From the NCBI GenBank assembly GCA_017450585.1, contig JAFSTI010000030.1, forward strand, positions 110 to 64,109: a stretch of 64,000 nt of DNA, read 5' to 3'. Source of the stretch: Bacteroidales bacterium (GTDB lineage: Bacteria; Bacteroidota; Bacteroidia; Bacteroidales; UBA932). Each line of letters opens with the position of its first letter. The first letter of the stretch is position 1. Shown piece by piece: positions 9,301 to 17,739 of this stretch. The notes beneath the pieces were generated by a model. It made no database searches. It saw nothing but the letters and a program-made list of their open reading frames with translations, and had not been told where the DNA came from. A program made the position numbers and the translations under genes.

Positions 9301-10028
9301 AACTCGTCTTTCAGGAATGAATCATCGATTTTAATATCCGTCAGGGTCGAAGTGAAAGTGGTATGACGGCAGTGGTCGCTCCAGTATGTGTCCAGAATAC
9401 GGAGTTCAGTCTCGGTGGGATTCCGTTTTTCGCCCTTGAAATACTTCACGACCTCCCGGAGATCGTCCGCGTTCATTGCGAGGCCCCATTTCTTGCAGAA
9501 CGGAGCAAGCTGATCCTCTGTCATATCGGTGAATCCGCTCATGTCGGCGAGGGGCTTAACTTCAGCCGACTCGCTGAAGTCCAGCTTCGAAAGGTCTTTT
9601 TCGCGACATTCCACCGCATTGATGAAATAGTGGCGGATAGCATTCAGCTGCTCATCGCCCAGATCGTCATCAAAAACGAGCAAGCGACTGCTGCGGATCT
9701 TGATATCGGCCGCAGGGTCGATTAGATGGACGCAGTCCACGGCTGATGATGCCCTTTGGTCAAACTGGCCCGGAATGTACTCGACGCTCAGGTACCGGCG
9801 GCCTTCCAGAGGGAAATCTTCACTGACCACATCGGTGACCGTCTCTCCGAAGACCAGGTATTTGCTCTTTTCCAGGAGTTCGTCACTGAATCCCGCGAGG
9901 TCATAGACATTCAGAAGACGCAGGCTACGCATCTTCAGCGAAAGATTCTCGTTGAACTCCCGCAGAAGGCTGGCAGCCTCTACCCGGAACCCTTCCTTTT
10001 TCTCAACAAATATTCTTTTGTAACTCAT
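6306..10028 (-). CDS. purL: FGAM synthase, large fused type with intact glutaminase domain
   Basis: WSDHCRH, ETHNHPTEIEPFGGAATC, GGKDSMSG, PGTNC, LGICNGFQAL, SHGEG and MGHSER motifs. Confidence 0.97.
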   Translation of the reverse strand: MSYKRIFVEKKEGFRVEAASLLREFNENLSLKMRSLRLLNVYDLAGFSDELLEKSKYLVFGETVTDVVSEDFPLEGRRYLSVEYIPGQFDQRASSAVDCVHLIDPAADIKIRSSRLLVFDDDLGDEQLNAIRHYFINAVECREKDLSKLDFSESAEVKPLADMSGFTDMTEDQLAPFCKKWGLAMNADDLREVVKYFKGEKRNPTETELRILDTYWSDHCRHTTFTSTLTDIKIDDSFLKDELNCTLEEVKRIRTELGRSEKPLCLMELATIGARYLRSKGLLDDMEQSEENNACSIFVDVDVDGKTEKWLLQFKNETHNHPTEIEPFGGAATCLGGAIRDPLSGRAYVYQAMRVTGAGDIWKPVKDTMPGKLPQRVISRKAAAGYSSYGNQIGLATTHVREIIHEGYTAKRLEVGAVVGAVKAANVRRESPAPGDVILLLGGRTGRDGIGGATGSSKEHTEASLETCGSEVQKGNAPEERKLQRLFRRPEVTRLIKKSNDFGAGGVSVAIGELAAGLDIWLDRVPLKYSGLNPTELAISESQERMAVVVEASARAEMEEYCRRDNVEVTYVADVTDRGRMRMFYKGQTVADISRDFIDSAGAPHYAAACIAAVEDRDPFAVKPVGAGLEEKMCGVLSSANVCSQKGLIENFDSTIGRSTVLMPFGGRYQASETQVSVQKLPVDGYTDTASIMAFGYNPFLSSWSPFHGAAFAVVDACAKVVAAGGDWSGMRFSYQEYFERMTHDPHSWGKPLSALLGALKMQLSLGLPSIGGKDSMSGTFEDISVPPTLIAFGITTVDAAKVISTDFKKPGSSIWYFRPPVLKNHMPDTAALTEGWNRIHSAIAEGKILSAWACGFGGAAEGLAKMSFGNALGVNITLSEDELFYLCYGGMLLETDMDLSDAANFKCIGKVTDGTFTVNGQKLDPARLQDSCEGRFSQVYPAAVPAQHPDMDIDTRAVCSLPYREADKCSKPLVYLPVFPGTNCDYDTAKAFRSAGAEVITDVFCNLTPEDVNASIRRMADNIGRCQILGFCGGFSAGDEPDGSGKFIADIIANKLISKAIEDHLAGGGLILGICNGFQALIKSGLLPYGRTGALTPDSPTLFRNDINRHISQMVTTRVCTTASPWLSGFREGELHTVAVSHGEGKFVISEDMAKELFEKNLVAFRYADPVSGEPTMASPANPNGSFYAIEGIISPGGQILGKMGHSERYEKNVFKNISGNLDQHLFRNAVNYFQKTNG

Positions 10029-10495
10029 TATATCTGGGATGAAAGTACTTTTTCCGCCTGTGCGGCACGGTAAGAATCAAGTTTTGCACTGAGCTCAGGC
10101 TCACTGAGAGCCAAGATGCTAACCGCAATAAGGGCTGCATTTTTCGCTCCGTCGATAGCGACCGTCGCAACCGGAATACCGGAGGGCATCTGTACCATCG
10201 AGAGCAGAGAATCCAGACCTCCGAGATTCTTTGAGGCAATGGGGACGCCCACCACCGGGAGCGTAGTTAACGCGGCGGTCATGCCTGCCAGGTGAGCGGC
10301 ACCGCCGGCCCCGGCTATCAGGACGGCCACGTCCCTGTCTCTGGCACCCTTAACGAATTGAGTGAATTCGACCGGAGTACGGTGTGCACTGAGGACTTTC
10401 TTCTCGTAAGGAACGCCAAACTGCTCCAGTATATCGCAAGCGCCCTTCATCACGGGCCAGTCACTTGCAGAACCCATTATAACACTGACTTTCAT
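10028..10495 (-). CDS. purE: N5-CAIR mutase / AIR carboxylase
   Basis: IMGSASD, SAHRTP, AGGAAHL and [11 protein letters not shown] motifs; start set at ATG 10495 (MKVSVIMGS). Confidence 0.97.
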   Translation of the reverse strand: MKVSVIMGSASDWPVMKGACDILEQFGVPYEKKVLSAHRTPVEFTQFVKGARDRDVAVLIAGAGGAAHLAGMTAALTTLPVVGVPIASKNLGGLDSLLSMVQMPSGIPVATVAIDGAKNAALIAVSILALSEPELSAKLDSYRAAQAEKVLSSQI

Positions 10496-10499
10496 AGTA

Positions 10500-11588
10500 T
10501 TAACTGTTTTCTTTAATTTTAGCATCGCAATAAGCGCAGCGGACGGTTCCGGAATCGGTCCTGCGAAACATTGCAGGCACACTTTCGTGATTCGAGATAC
10601 ATTTGCCGTTCGGGCAGCGCATCGAAGGATCCTCGAAACACTCCGGATGTTCGGGCATCGCATGTCCTCTGTCGTCCTTCCATCTTAGCAGGCTGTAAAT
10701 CAACGCCATCCGGACGAACTTGCCGTTTTCCACCTGACGGAAATACGCAGCCCTGGGGTCAATGTCTACCTCCGGGAGGATCTCATTTACCCTCGGGAGC
10801 GGATGCAGGACTGCCATGGAGCGCTTTGCGAGGCGCATCTTGGAGGCATCCAGCACGAAACTGTCCTTCACCCTGTCGAACTCATCCTCATCCAGGAAAC
10901 GCTCCTTCTGCACGCGGGTCATATAGAGCACATCGAGTTGAGAAATAACTTCTTCGATAGTCGAGACCTCGCGGTAATCAATGCCTTGGCGGTCACATAC
11001 ATCCTGCTTGATATAATCAGGCAGTCGAAGTTCGTCAGGAGCGATCAGGATTACCTTCACGTTCTTATACCGCGACAGGGCCTTAATCAGGGAGTGAACC
11101 GTACGGCCGAAGCGAAGGTCGCCGCAGAATCCGATAGTAATGCCGTCAATATGCCCGATTTCGCGGGTGATGGTGAGCAGGTCGGTGAGAGTCTGCGTCG
11201 GATGGCTGTGTGAGCCGTCTCCGGCATTGACAATCGGGACGGGAGAGACTGCCGATGCCACGAGCGGAGCACCTTCCAGATTGTGCCTCATAGCAATAAT
11301 GTCTGCGAAGCATCCGACGACGCGCACCGTATCCTCGACGGTTTCGCCCTTGCTAACCGAAGAATTGGCGGCATCGGAAAAGCCGAGTACATTACCGCCC
11401 AGCTCCATCATGGCGGCGGTAAAGCTCAGCCTCGTACGGGTGCTGGGCTCATAGAAAAGGGTCGCCAATTTCCGGCCTTCCAGCACCTTGGAATAGCGTT
11501 CGCGGTTAGCGATTATGTCCTGCGCGAGCGAGATGATTTCATCCAGTTCCTGTTTGCTGAGGTCAGTCGGGTCAATCAGGTGTTTCAT
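10500..11588 (-). CDS. pyrB: Aspartate carbamoyltransferase catalytic chain fused to a C-terminal PyrI-type zinc domain
   Basis: [35 protein letters not shown] and HPLPR motifs; C-terminal [11 protein letters not shown]...RCAYC extension. Confidence 0.95.
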   Translation of the reverse strand: MKHLIDPTDLSKQELDEIISLAQDIIANRERYSKVLEGRKLATLFYEPSTRTRLSFTAAMMELGGNVLGFSDAANSSVSKGETVEDTVRVVGCFADIIAMRHNLEGAPLVASAVSPVPIVNAGDGSHSHPTQTLTDLLTITREIGHIDGITIGFCGDLRFGRTVHSLIKALSRYKNVKVILIAPDELRLPDYIKQDVCDRQGIDYREVSTIEEVISQLDVLYMTRVQKERFLDEDEFDRVKDSFVLDASKMRLAKRSMAVLHPLPRVNEILPEVDIDPRAAYFRQVENGKFVRMALIYSLLRWKDDRGHAMPEHPECFEDPSMRCPNGKCISNHESVPAMFRRTDSGTVRCAYCDAKIKENS

Positions 11589-12193
11589 AGGCTGTCTCTG
11601 AATTTAAGTATATCTGTTTTCTGTTCTTCCGTAATATATCCTTCCTCCACCGCCACGTCCACAAGTGCATCCAGGCAGCTGAGAGAATGATTCTCTACCT
11701 TCGCGGCTGCGAGCCTGTCCAGCCCCTTTTGCATGCCGTAGGTAAAAATACTGATGATTCCGAGCACCTCAGCGCCTTCTTCACGCAGTGCCTCGACCAC
11801 GTCGATGACGCTGCCTCCGGTAGAGATAAGGTCTTCGATTACCACCACTTTACATCCTTGGGGCATGCGCCCTTCGATGCGGTTTGCTCGGCCGTGATCC
11901 TTCGCCGATCCGCGTACATAGCCCATAGGCAGGTCAAGTATAGATGCCGCGATGGCCGCATGCGCGATACCGGCAGTGGATGTTCCCATCAGCATCTCGC
12001 ATTGCGGATAAAGCTCTTTCACCCTCGCGGCAATGGCATTTTCCACCACCTGCCGCGCCTTCGGGGCGGAGAGGATAAGCCTGTTATCACAGTAAATCGG
12101 GCTTTTAATGCCACTTGCCCAGGTAAAGGGCTCATCCGGCCTCAAAAAAACTGCGCCGATCGAGAGCAGCTGATGTGCGATTGTCCTTTCCAT
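11585..12193 (-). CDS. pyrE: Orotate phosphoribosyltransferase
   Basis: FTWASGIKSPIYCDNR, KDHG and VIEDLISTGGS motifs; ATG at 12193 preferred. Confidence 0.96.
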   Translation of the reverse strand: MERTIAHQLLSIGAVFLRPDEPFTWASGIKSPIYCDNRLILSAPKARQVVENAIAARVKELYPQCEMLMGTSTAGIAHAAIAASILDLPMGYVRGSAKDHGRANRIEGRMPQGCKVVVIEDLISTGGSVIDVVEALREEGAEVLGIISIFTYGMQKGLDRLAAAKVENHSLSCLDALVDVAVEEGYITEEQKTDILKFRDSL

Positions 12194-12195
12194 AT

Positions 12196-12903
12196 CTATC
12201 CGCAAAAATCTTCAATACATTTGTAATATGCCGCGAGGGGGTCTTCCGCTGCAGTTATCGGCCTTCCGACCACGACATAGTCGGAGCCGAGTTCCCGCGC
12301 CATTGCGGGCGTGGTGATACGCACCTGGTCGTCCTTCGCCGCGCCCTCGAAACGGATTCCGGGAGTGACGGTCAGAAAAGCCTTCCCGCAGGTCTTCTTC
12401 ACGGAGGCAGCTTCCAGCGGCGAGCAGACCACCCCGTCCAGACCGGCGCTCCGGGCGTTCAGGGCGTAGGCAGAAATCGTCTCCTCCATCCCGGCGCCGA
12501 TGAGAAGCTCATCCCGCAGCGCCTGCGCTGAAGTTGAGGTCAATTGTGTCACGGCGATGAGCAGCGGTCTGGTGCCGTCTTCGCGGGTCAGTCCCTCCAG
12601 GGCAGCCTGCATCATTGCGGACGTGCCGGCCGCGTGGACATTGACCATATCCACATCCAGGGATGAAAGCACGCGCATAGCCTTGCGTACCGTATTAGGA
12701 ATGTCGTGCAGCTTCAGGTCCAGGAAGATACTGTGTCCCCGGGCCTTGATCTCCCGCACTATCGACGGACCTTCGGCGTAGAACAGCTCCATGCCGATCT
12801 TCACGAAGGGTTTGCGGTCCTCCGCGCCGAAATTGTCCAGAAACGCGAAGGTCTGTGCTGCGCTGCTGAAGTCGCAGGCGATTATAACGTCCCGTCCTTT
12901 CAT
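12196..12903 (-). CDS. pyrF: Orotidine-5'-phosphate decarboxylase
   Basis: KIGMEL, FLDLKLHDIPNT, VTQLTS, VTPGIR and VVGRPIT motifs. Confidence 0.97.
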   Translation of the reverse strand: MKGRDVIIACDFSSAAQTFAFLDNFGAEDRKPFVKIGMELFYAEGPSIVREIKARGHSIFLDLKLHDIPNTVRKAMRVLSSLDVDMVNVHAAGTSAMMQAALEGLTREDGTRPLLIAVTQLTSTSAQALRDELLIGAGMEETISAYALNARSAGLDGVVCSPLEAASVKKTCGKAFLTVTPGIRFEGAAKDDQVRITTPAMARELGSDYVVVGRPITAAEDPLAAYYKCIEDFCG

Positions 12904-13814
12904 ACCGTTCCGATTATTTCAGTCAATTTCTCTATGCCGAGCCGTTCCATGACGGCGGGCAGTTCTGCGGCGATGCGCGGGCAGCAGAACGGGTCGCGGA
13001 GATTCTCCGAACCGACCTGTACTGCACTGGCACCTGCCATCATCATTTCAATAACATCTTCGGCCGTCCCTACCCCGCCACATCCGATTACCGGTACGGA
13101 GCAGGCGTGCGCGACCTGCCAAACCATGCGCAGCGCCACCGGGAATATCGCCCTTCCCGAAAACCCGCCGGTCGTATTTGCCAGCACCGGTTTGCGTGTG
13201 GCAATATTGATACGCATGCCCAGCAGCGTGTTGATCAGGGTCAATGCATCCGCCCCTTCCGCCTCGCATGCCCGGGCGATCTCCACGATGTCGGTGACGT
13301 TCGGGCTGAGCTTGACGCAGAGTTTCTTGTGACCGGCGGCTTTGCGGGCGGCAGCGGTGACTCGGGCTGCGCAGCGCGGATCCGTTCCGAATGCCAGTCC
13401 TCCGCCGTGCACGTTCGGGCAGGAGATATTGAGTTCTATCATGTCAATACCCTCGCACGCCGCGGCCTTTTCGCAGCAGAGCGCGTACTCCTGCTCGCTG
13501 AAGCCGCTGATATTGGCAATAACCACACCCCCGTATACTTTCCGCAACGAGGGGACAATCTCGCCGGTAAGGCGGTCAATTCCGGGATTCTGCAGGCCGA
13601 CGGAGTTGAGCATACCGCCCTCGCACTCGGCGATGCGCGGTGTAGGATTGCCATAACGCGGCTCGGCGGTCGTACCTTTCAGGCTGATGCCTCCGAGCAG
13701 GTTCAGGTCCATGCTGTCCGCCATCTCCAGGCCGAAGCCGAAAGTGCCGCTGGCCGGGATGATGGGGTTGCGGAACTTAATCCCGCAGACACTTGTGCTG
13801 ATGTCCCTTACCAT
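12900..13814 (-). CDS. pyrD: Dihydroorotate dehydrogenase family 1B catalytic subunit
   Basis: ASGTFG, NSVGLQNPG, ELNISCPNV, KLSPNV, INTL and GGFSG motifs. Confidence 0.96.
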   Translation of the reverse strand: MVRDISTSVCGIKFRNPIIPASGTFGFGLEMADSMDLNLLGGISLKGTTAEPRYGNPTPRIAECEGGMLNSVGLQNPGIDRLTGEIVPSLRKVYGGVVIANISGFSEQEYALCCEKAAACEGIDMIELNISCPNVHGGGLAFGTDPRCAARVTAAARKAAGHKKLCVKLSPNVTDIVEIARACEAEGADALTLINTLLGMRINIATRKPVLANTTGGFSGRAIFPVALRMVWQVAHACSVPVIGCGGVGTAEDVIEMMMAGASAVQVGSENLRDPFCCPRIAAELPAVMERLGIEKLTEIIGTV

Positions 13815-14542
13815 ATCATATCCTCCTTTGCGAACACCGGACCGTCAGCGCAGACGCGTGCGGGGCCGTTATTTGTCTGTATGCTGCAGCCATAACAAAT
13901 GCCTGTCCCGCAGCCCATTCTCTCCTCCATGCTGAATTCGCCTGGTGTGTCCAGATATGCGGCCACGGCTTTCATCATGATTTTCGAACCGCAGCAGTAA
14001 TAATAATCATATCCTCTAGCCGGGGCAATAGCTTCGGTCACGACTCCTTTCAGTCCTGCCGTACCGTCCACTGTGGCGAGGTGCACTTTCAAGCCCAGTT
14101 TCTCGAATTCCTCTTTATAGAAGACCAGGGTCGCCGTGTTAAAGCCCAGCGCCACTTCCACTTCCTTTCCCGCAGCGAGAAGTTCCCGGGCGAGCAGCAG
14201 CAGCGGAGCCGTGCCGACGCTTCCGCCTATCAGCAGAGCCTTCCTGCCAGTTTTCTGAGGATGGAAGCCCTTGCCCAGGCCGGTAATCGTATCGACACTA
14301 TCCCCTTCTTTCAGAGCGGTCATATACCTGGTACCCTTGCCGACAACTTTATAGACAATCGTGAGCAGTCCGTCCTGTACATCGCTGACCGAGAAGGGAC
14401 GGCGCAGGAACACTCCGGGAATGGACAGCTGTACGAACTGTCCGCTGCCGCTTATGGCGCTGCAGTCGCCTTCCAGCACCAGTTTCCAGGTGTCGGCCGC
14501 GATGGGGACGTTTTCACGCACTATAAAGTTGACCTGCTTCAT
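13808..14542 (-). CDS. pyrK: Dihydroorotate dehydrogenase electron transfer subunit
   Basis: LRRPFSV FAD motif and EERMGCGTGICYGC...C 2Fe-2S motif; adjacent to pyrD. Confidence 0.94.
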   Translation of the reverse strand: MKQVNFIVRENVPIAADTWKLVLEGDCSAISGSGQFVQLSIPGVFLRRPFSVSDVQDGLLTIVYKVVGKGTRYMTALKEGDSVDTITGLGKGFHPQKTGRKALLIGGSVGTAPLLLLARELLAAGKEVEVALGFNTATLVFYKEEFEKLGLKVHLATVDGTAGLKGVVTEAIAPARGYDYYYCCGSKIMMKAVAAYLDTPGEFSMEERMGCGTGICYGCSIQTNNGPARVCADGPVFAKEDMIW

Positions 14543-17500
14543 TTCTGCCTGTATTCAGCGTCAATAGTTGAAATACCAAGTGTTATCTCTTCCAGAACAT
14601 CCAGTAATACCCGAACGGTTTCGAGAGAAGTGAAGATGCTGACATTGTTCTCCACGGCCGCGCGGCGAATCTCATATCCGTCCAGGCGGGTACTGTGCTG
14701 GTCGATATCGATAGTATTGATGACATAGTTCACATGGCCCTTGCTCAAGGAACGGAAGATATCGTCACTGCCCTCGCTGATCTTGTGCAGCAGCCGCGTC
14801 TTTATGCCGTGTGCGCGCAGGAACTCGGCCGTTCCCCGCGTGGCCTCGATATTGAAACCTAAGTTGTAGAAGCGACGGATAAGCGGAAGCGCTTTCTCCT
14901 TATCCACATCGGCGATAGTGACGAAGATAGTGCCGTAGTTCACCACATGCACACCGGAAGCCTGCAGGGACTTGTACAGCGCCCTGGTCAGGGAATCGTC
15001 GTAACCGATCGCTTCGCCGGTGGATTTCATCTCGGGAGAGAGATATGAATCTATTCCCTTGATCTTTCCGAAGGAGAAAGCCGGTGTCTTTACGAAGTGG
15101 CGTTTGGATTCTTTGTGATAGACTTCCGTTATGCCCTGATCTTTCAAGGACTGGCCCAGCATAACTAGAGTGGCGATCTTAGCCATGGGAACTCCCGTGG
15201 ATTTGGACAGGAACGGGACCGTACGGGAAGAGCGGGGATTTACCTCGATTACGTAGACCTTGTCATCAGGGTCCACGATAAATTGGATATTGAACAGACC
15301 CTTAATGCCGATTTCCAGACCGAGACGGGTGGAGTATTCGATAACGGTCTTTTTCACTTCCTCGCTGATGCTGAAGGAAGGATAGACGCTGATAGAGTCG
15401 CCGGAATGGATTCCGGTATGTTCCACGTGCTCCATGATTCCGGGGATAAAGACATCCTTGCCGTCGCAGATTCCGTCGATCTCAATCTCCTTGCCCTGAA
15501 TGTATTTGTCCACGAGCACGGGCGAATCTTCGTTGATCTCAACTGCATTCTGCAGGTAGTGGCGCAGGTTGTCTTCATTATTGACAATCATCATTGCCCT
15601 TCCTCCCAGCACGAAACTCGGACGCACCAGGACCGGGAACCCGATCTCATGGGCAGCCTGCACGCCTTCTTCAATGTCCGTGACGGCCTTGGCCTTGGGC
15701 TGAGGGATGCCGATGCGGCGCATGATGGATTCAAATATCTTACGGTCTTCGGCATTGTCAATAGCCTCGATGTCCGTGCCGATAATGGGGATGCCGAATG
15801 CGCTGAGCGGCTTTGCCAGGTTGATGGCGGTCTGTCCTCCGAGGCTCACTATCACTCCGTCCGGCTTTTCCAGATTGATGACGTTCATCACGTCTTCGAC
15901 TGTCAGCGGCTCGAAATAGAGCTTATCGGAGATGGTATAGTCGGTCGAGACTGTTTCGGGGTTGTTGTTGATGATTATGGCTTCGTAGCCGGCTTCCCTG
16001 ATCGCCCAGATGGCGTGAACGGTCGAATAGTCGAACTCTACGCCCTGTCCGATACGGATCGGGCCGGAACCGAGTACCAGAATCTTCTTCCGGCCGCTGG
16101 GAACGGAGTCATTGCCATATCCGTAGGTCGAGTAATAGTACGGAACGTTGGATACGTGCTTTTTGGGATAGCAGTCAATAGTCTTGTAGCCGGGGACGAT
16201 GTCGTGGTCCAGGCGGTAGCGGGTGATGTTCTCGGATTTGTCTCCCCAGAGCAGGGCGATCTCGGCATCACTGAATCCCATTGCCTTAGCTTCTTTAAGA
16301 ATGGCCTCGTCGCCGGGGTTTTCTTTCAGCCTGCTTTCCATCACCACGATGTTCAGGATTTTCTCAAGGAAGAAGGGCGTGATGCGGGTTGCATCATAGA
16401 GATCCTGAATGCTGACGCCGACCCTCATAGCCTGTGCAATGGCATGAATGCGGTCATCCGTGGGCTTTTCACAGTATGTGAGCAGTTGGCTTGCTGTCCA
16501 GTTATCGAATTTCTTGTTGTGAAGGTGACATACGCCGGTCTCCAGCGAGCGGGCTGCCTTGAGGAAGCTTTCTTCAATACTTTTGCCTATGCTCATTACC
16601 TCTCCGGTCGCTTTCATCTGGGTTCCGAGCTCGTTGGATGCTTCGGTGAATTTATCGAAGGGGAAGCGCGGGAACTTGGCGACATAATAGTCCAGGGCCG
16701 GGTCGAAGGATGCTTCGTGACCGTCCAGCTGGATTTCGTCCAGGGTGAGACCTACGGCGACTTTCGCCGTGACACGTGCTATGGGATAACCGCTGGCCTT
16801 GCTGGCAAGGGCCGAAGAGCGGGATACGCGGGGGTTGACCTCGATCAGGTAGTACCTGGAGGAATCCGGATCCTGGGCGAACTGGATATTGCATCCGCCT
16901 TCTATCTTCAGCGCGCGAATAATCTTGATGGCGCTGCTGCGAAGCGTCTTGTACTCTTTATTGTCCAGGGTGAGGGCGGGGGCTACGACGATGGAATCAC
17001 CGGTATGCACACCCACGGGGTCGACATTCTCCATGCTACAGATGGTGACCACCCTGTCGGTGCTGTCCCGCATCACCTCGAATTCTATTTCCTTGTAGCC
17101 TTTAACGCTCTTCTCAATCAGCACCTGGTGTACAGGCGAGAGAGCTAAAGCTCCATGCATGAGTTCTTCGAGTTCTGCCCTGTCGTTTGCGAATCCGCCG
17201 CCTGTCCCTCCGAGGGTAAATGCCGGTCTGAGGACCACGGGATAGCCTATCTTATCAGCTACCTTTACGGCTTCGGGAACACTGTAGACGATTTCGGAGG
17301 GGATCACAGGCTCGCCGAGACTGATGCAGAGTTCTTTGAACAGCTCCCTGTCTTCCGCCTGCTCGATGCTCTCGAACGGGGTGCCGAGAAGTTTGACCTG
17401 ACACTCATCCAGGATCCCTTTTTTCGCAAGCTGCACGGCCAGATTTAGTCCAGTCTGGCCGCCCAGGCCGGGAACTATCGCGTCGGGACGTTCGTAACGG

Positions 17501-17733
17501 ATGATCTTGGCGATGTACTCAAGTTTAAGAGGTTCCATATAAACCTTATCCGCCATATGGGTATCCGTCATGATTGTGGCGGGATTGGAGTTCACCAGAA
17601 TCACTTCATAGCCTTCTTCTTTGAGGGCGATGCAGGCCTGGGTGCCGGCATAGTCGAATTCAGCGGCCTGCCCGATAACGATCGGGCCTGAGCCGATGAC
17701 CATAACCTTCTTGATGTCAGTTCTTTTAGGCAT
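14539..17733 (-). CDS. carB: Carbamoyl-phosphate synthase large subunit
   Basis: GSGPIVIGQAAEFDY, second-half GSGPIRIGQGVEFDY, two IEVNPR motifs and a C-terminal MGS domain (IEATRGT). Confidence 0.98.
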   Translation of the reverse strand: MPKRTDIKKVMVIGSGPIVIGQAAEFDYAGTQACIALKEEGYEVILVNSNPATIMTDTHMADKVYMEPLKLEYIAKIIRYERPDAIVPGLGGQTGLNLAVQLAKKGILDECQVKLLGTPFESIEQAEDRELFKELCISLGEPVIPSEIVYSVPEAVKVADKIGYPVVLRPAFTLGGTGGGFANDRAELEELMHGALALSPVHQVLIEKSVKGYKEIEFEVMRDSTDRVVTICSMENVDPVGVHTGDSIVVAPALTLDNKEYKTLRSSAIKIIRALKIEGGCNIQFAQDPDSSRYYLIEVNPRVSRSSALASKASGYPIARVTAKVAVGLTLDEIQLDGHEASFDPALDYYVAKFPRFPFDKFTEASNELGTQMKATGEVMSIGKSIEESFLKAARSLETGVCHLHNKKFDNWTASQLLTYCEKPTDDRIHAIAQAMRVGVSIQDLYDATRITPFFLEKILNIVVMESRLKENPGDEAILKEAKAMGFSDAEIALLWGDKSENITRYRLDHDIVPGYKTIDCYPKKHVSNVPYYYSTYGYGNDSVPSGRKKILVLGSGPIRIGQGVEFDYSTVHAIWAIREAGYEAIIINNNPETVSTDYTISDKLYFEPLTVEDVMNVINLEKPDGVIVSLGGQTAINLAKPLSAFGIPIIGTDIEAIDNAEDRKIFESIMRRIGIPQPKAKAVTDIEEGVQAAHEIGFPVLVRPSFVLGGRAMMIVNNEDNLRHYLQNAVEINEDSPVLVDKYIQGKEIEIDGICDGKDVFIPGIMEHVEHTGIHSGDSISVYPSFSISEEVKKTVIEYSTRLGLEIGIKGLFNIQFIVDPDDKVYVIEVNPRSSRTVPFLSKSTGVPMAKIATLVMLGQSLKDQGITEVYHKESKRHFVKTPAFSFGKIKGIDSYLSPEMKSTGEAIGYDDSLTRALYKSLQASGVHVVNYGTIFVTIADVDKEKALPLIRRFYNLGFNIEATRGTAEFLRAHGIKTRLLHKISEGSDDIFRSLSKGHVNYVINTIDIDQHSTRLDGYEIRRAAVENNVSIFTSLETVRVLLDVLEEITLGISTIDAEYRQK

Positions 17734-17739
17734 ACACTA

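Noticed and set aside
15419-15434. parS-like TGTTCCACGTGCTCCA
   Set aside because: Only one half-site matches (3 mismatches in the other arm), and it is explained by carB codons (MEHVEH). No convincing parS was seen near parAB.
15283-17148. 621-aa + strand ORF
   Set aside because: Antisense shadow of carB produced by codon bias; no motifs. The same applies to 6600-7589, 13107-13895, 27046-27792, 35039-35968, 44340-45140 and 46028-47116.
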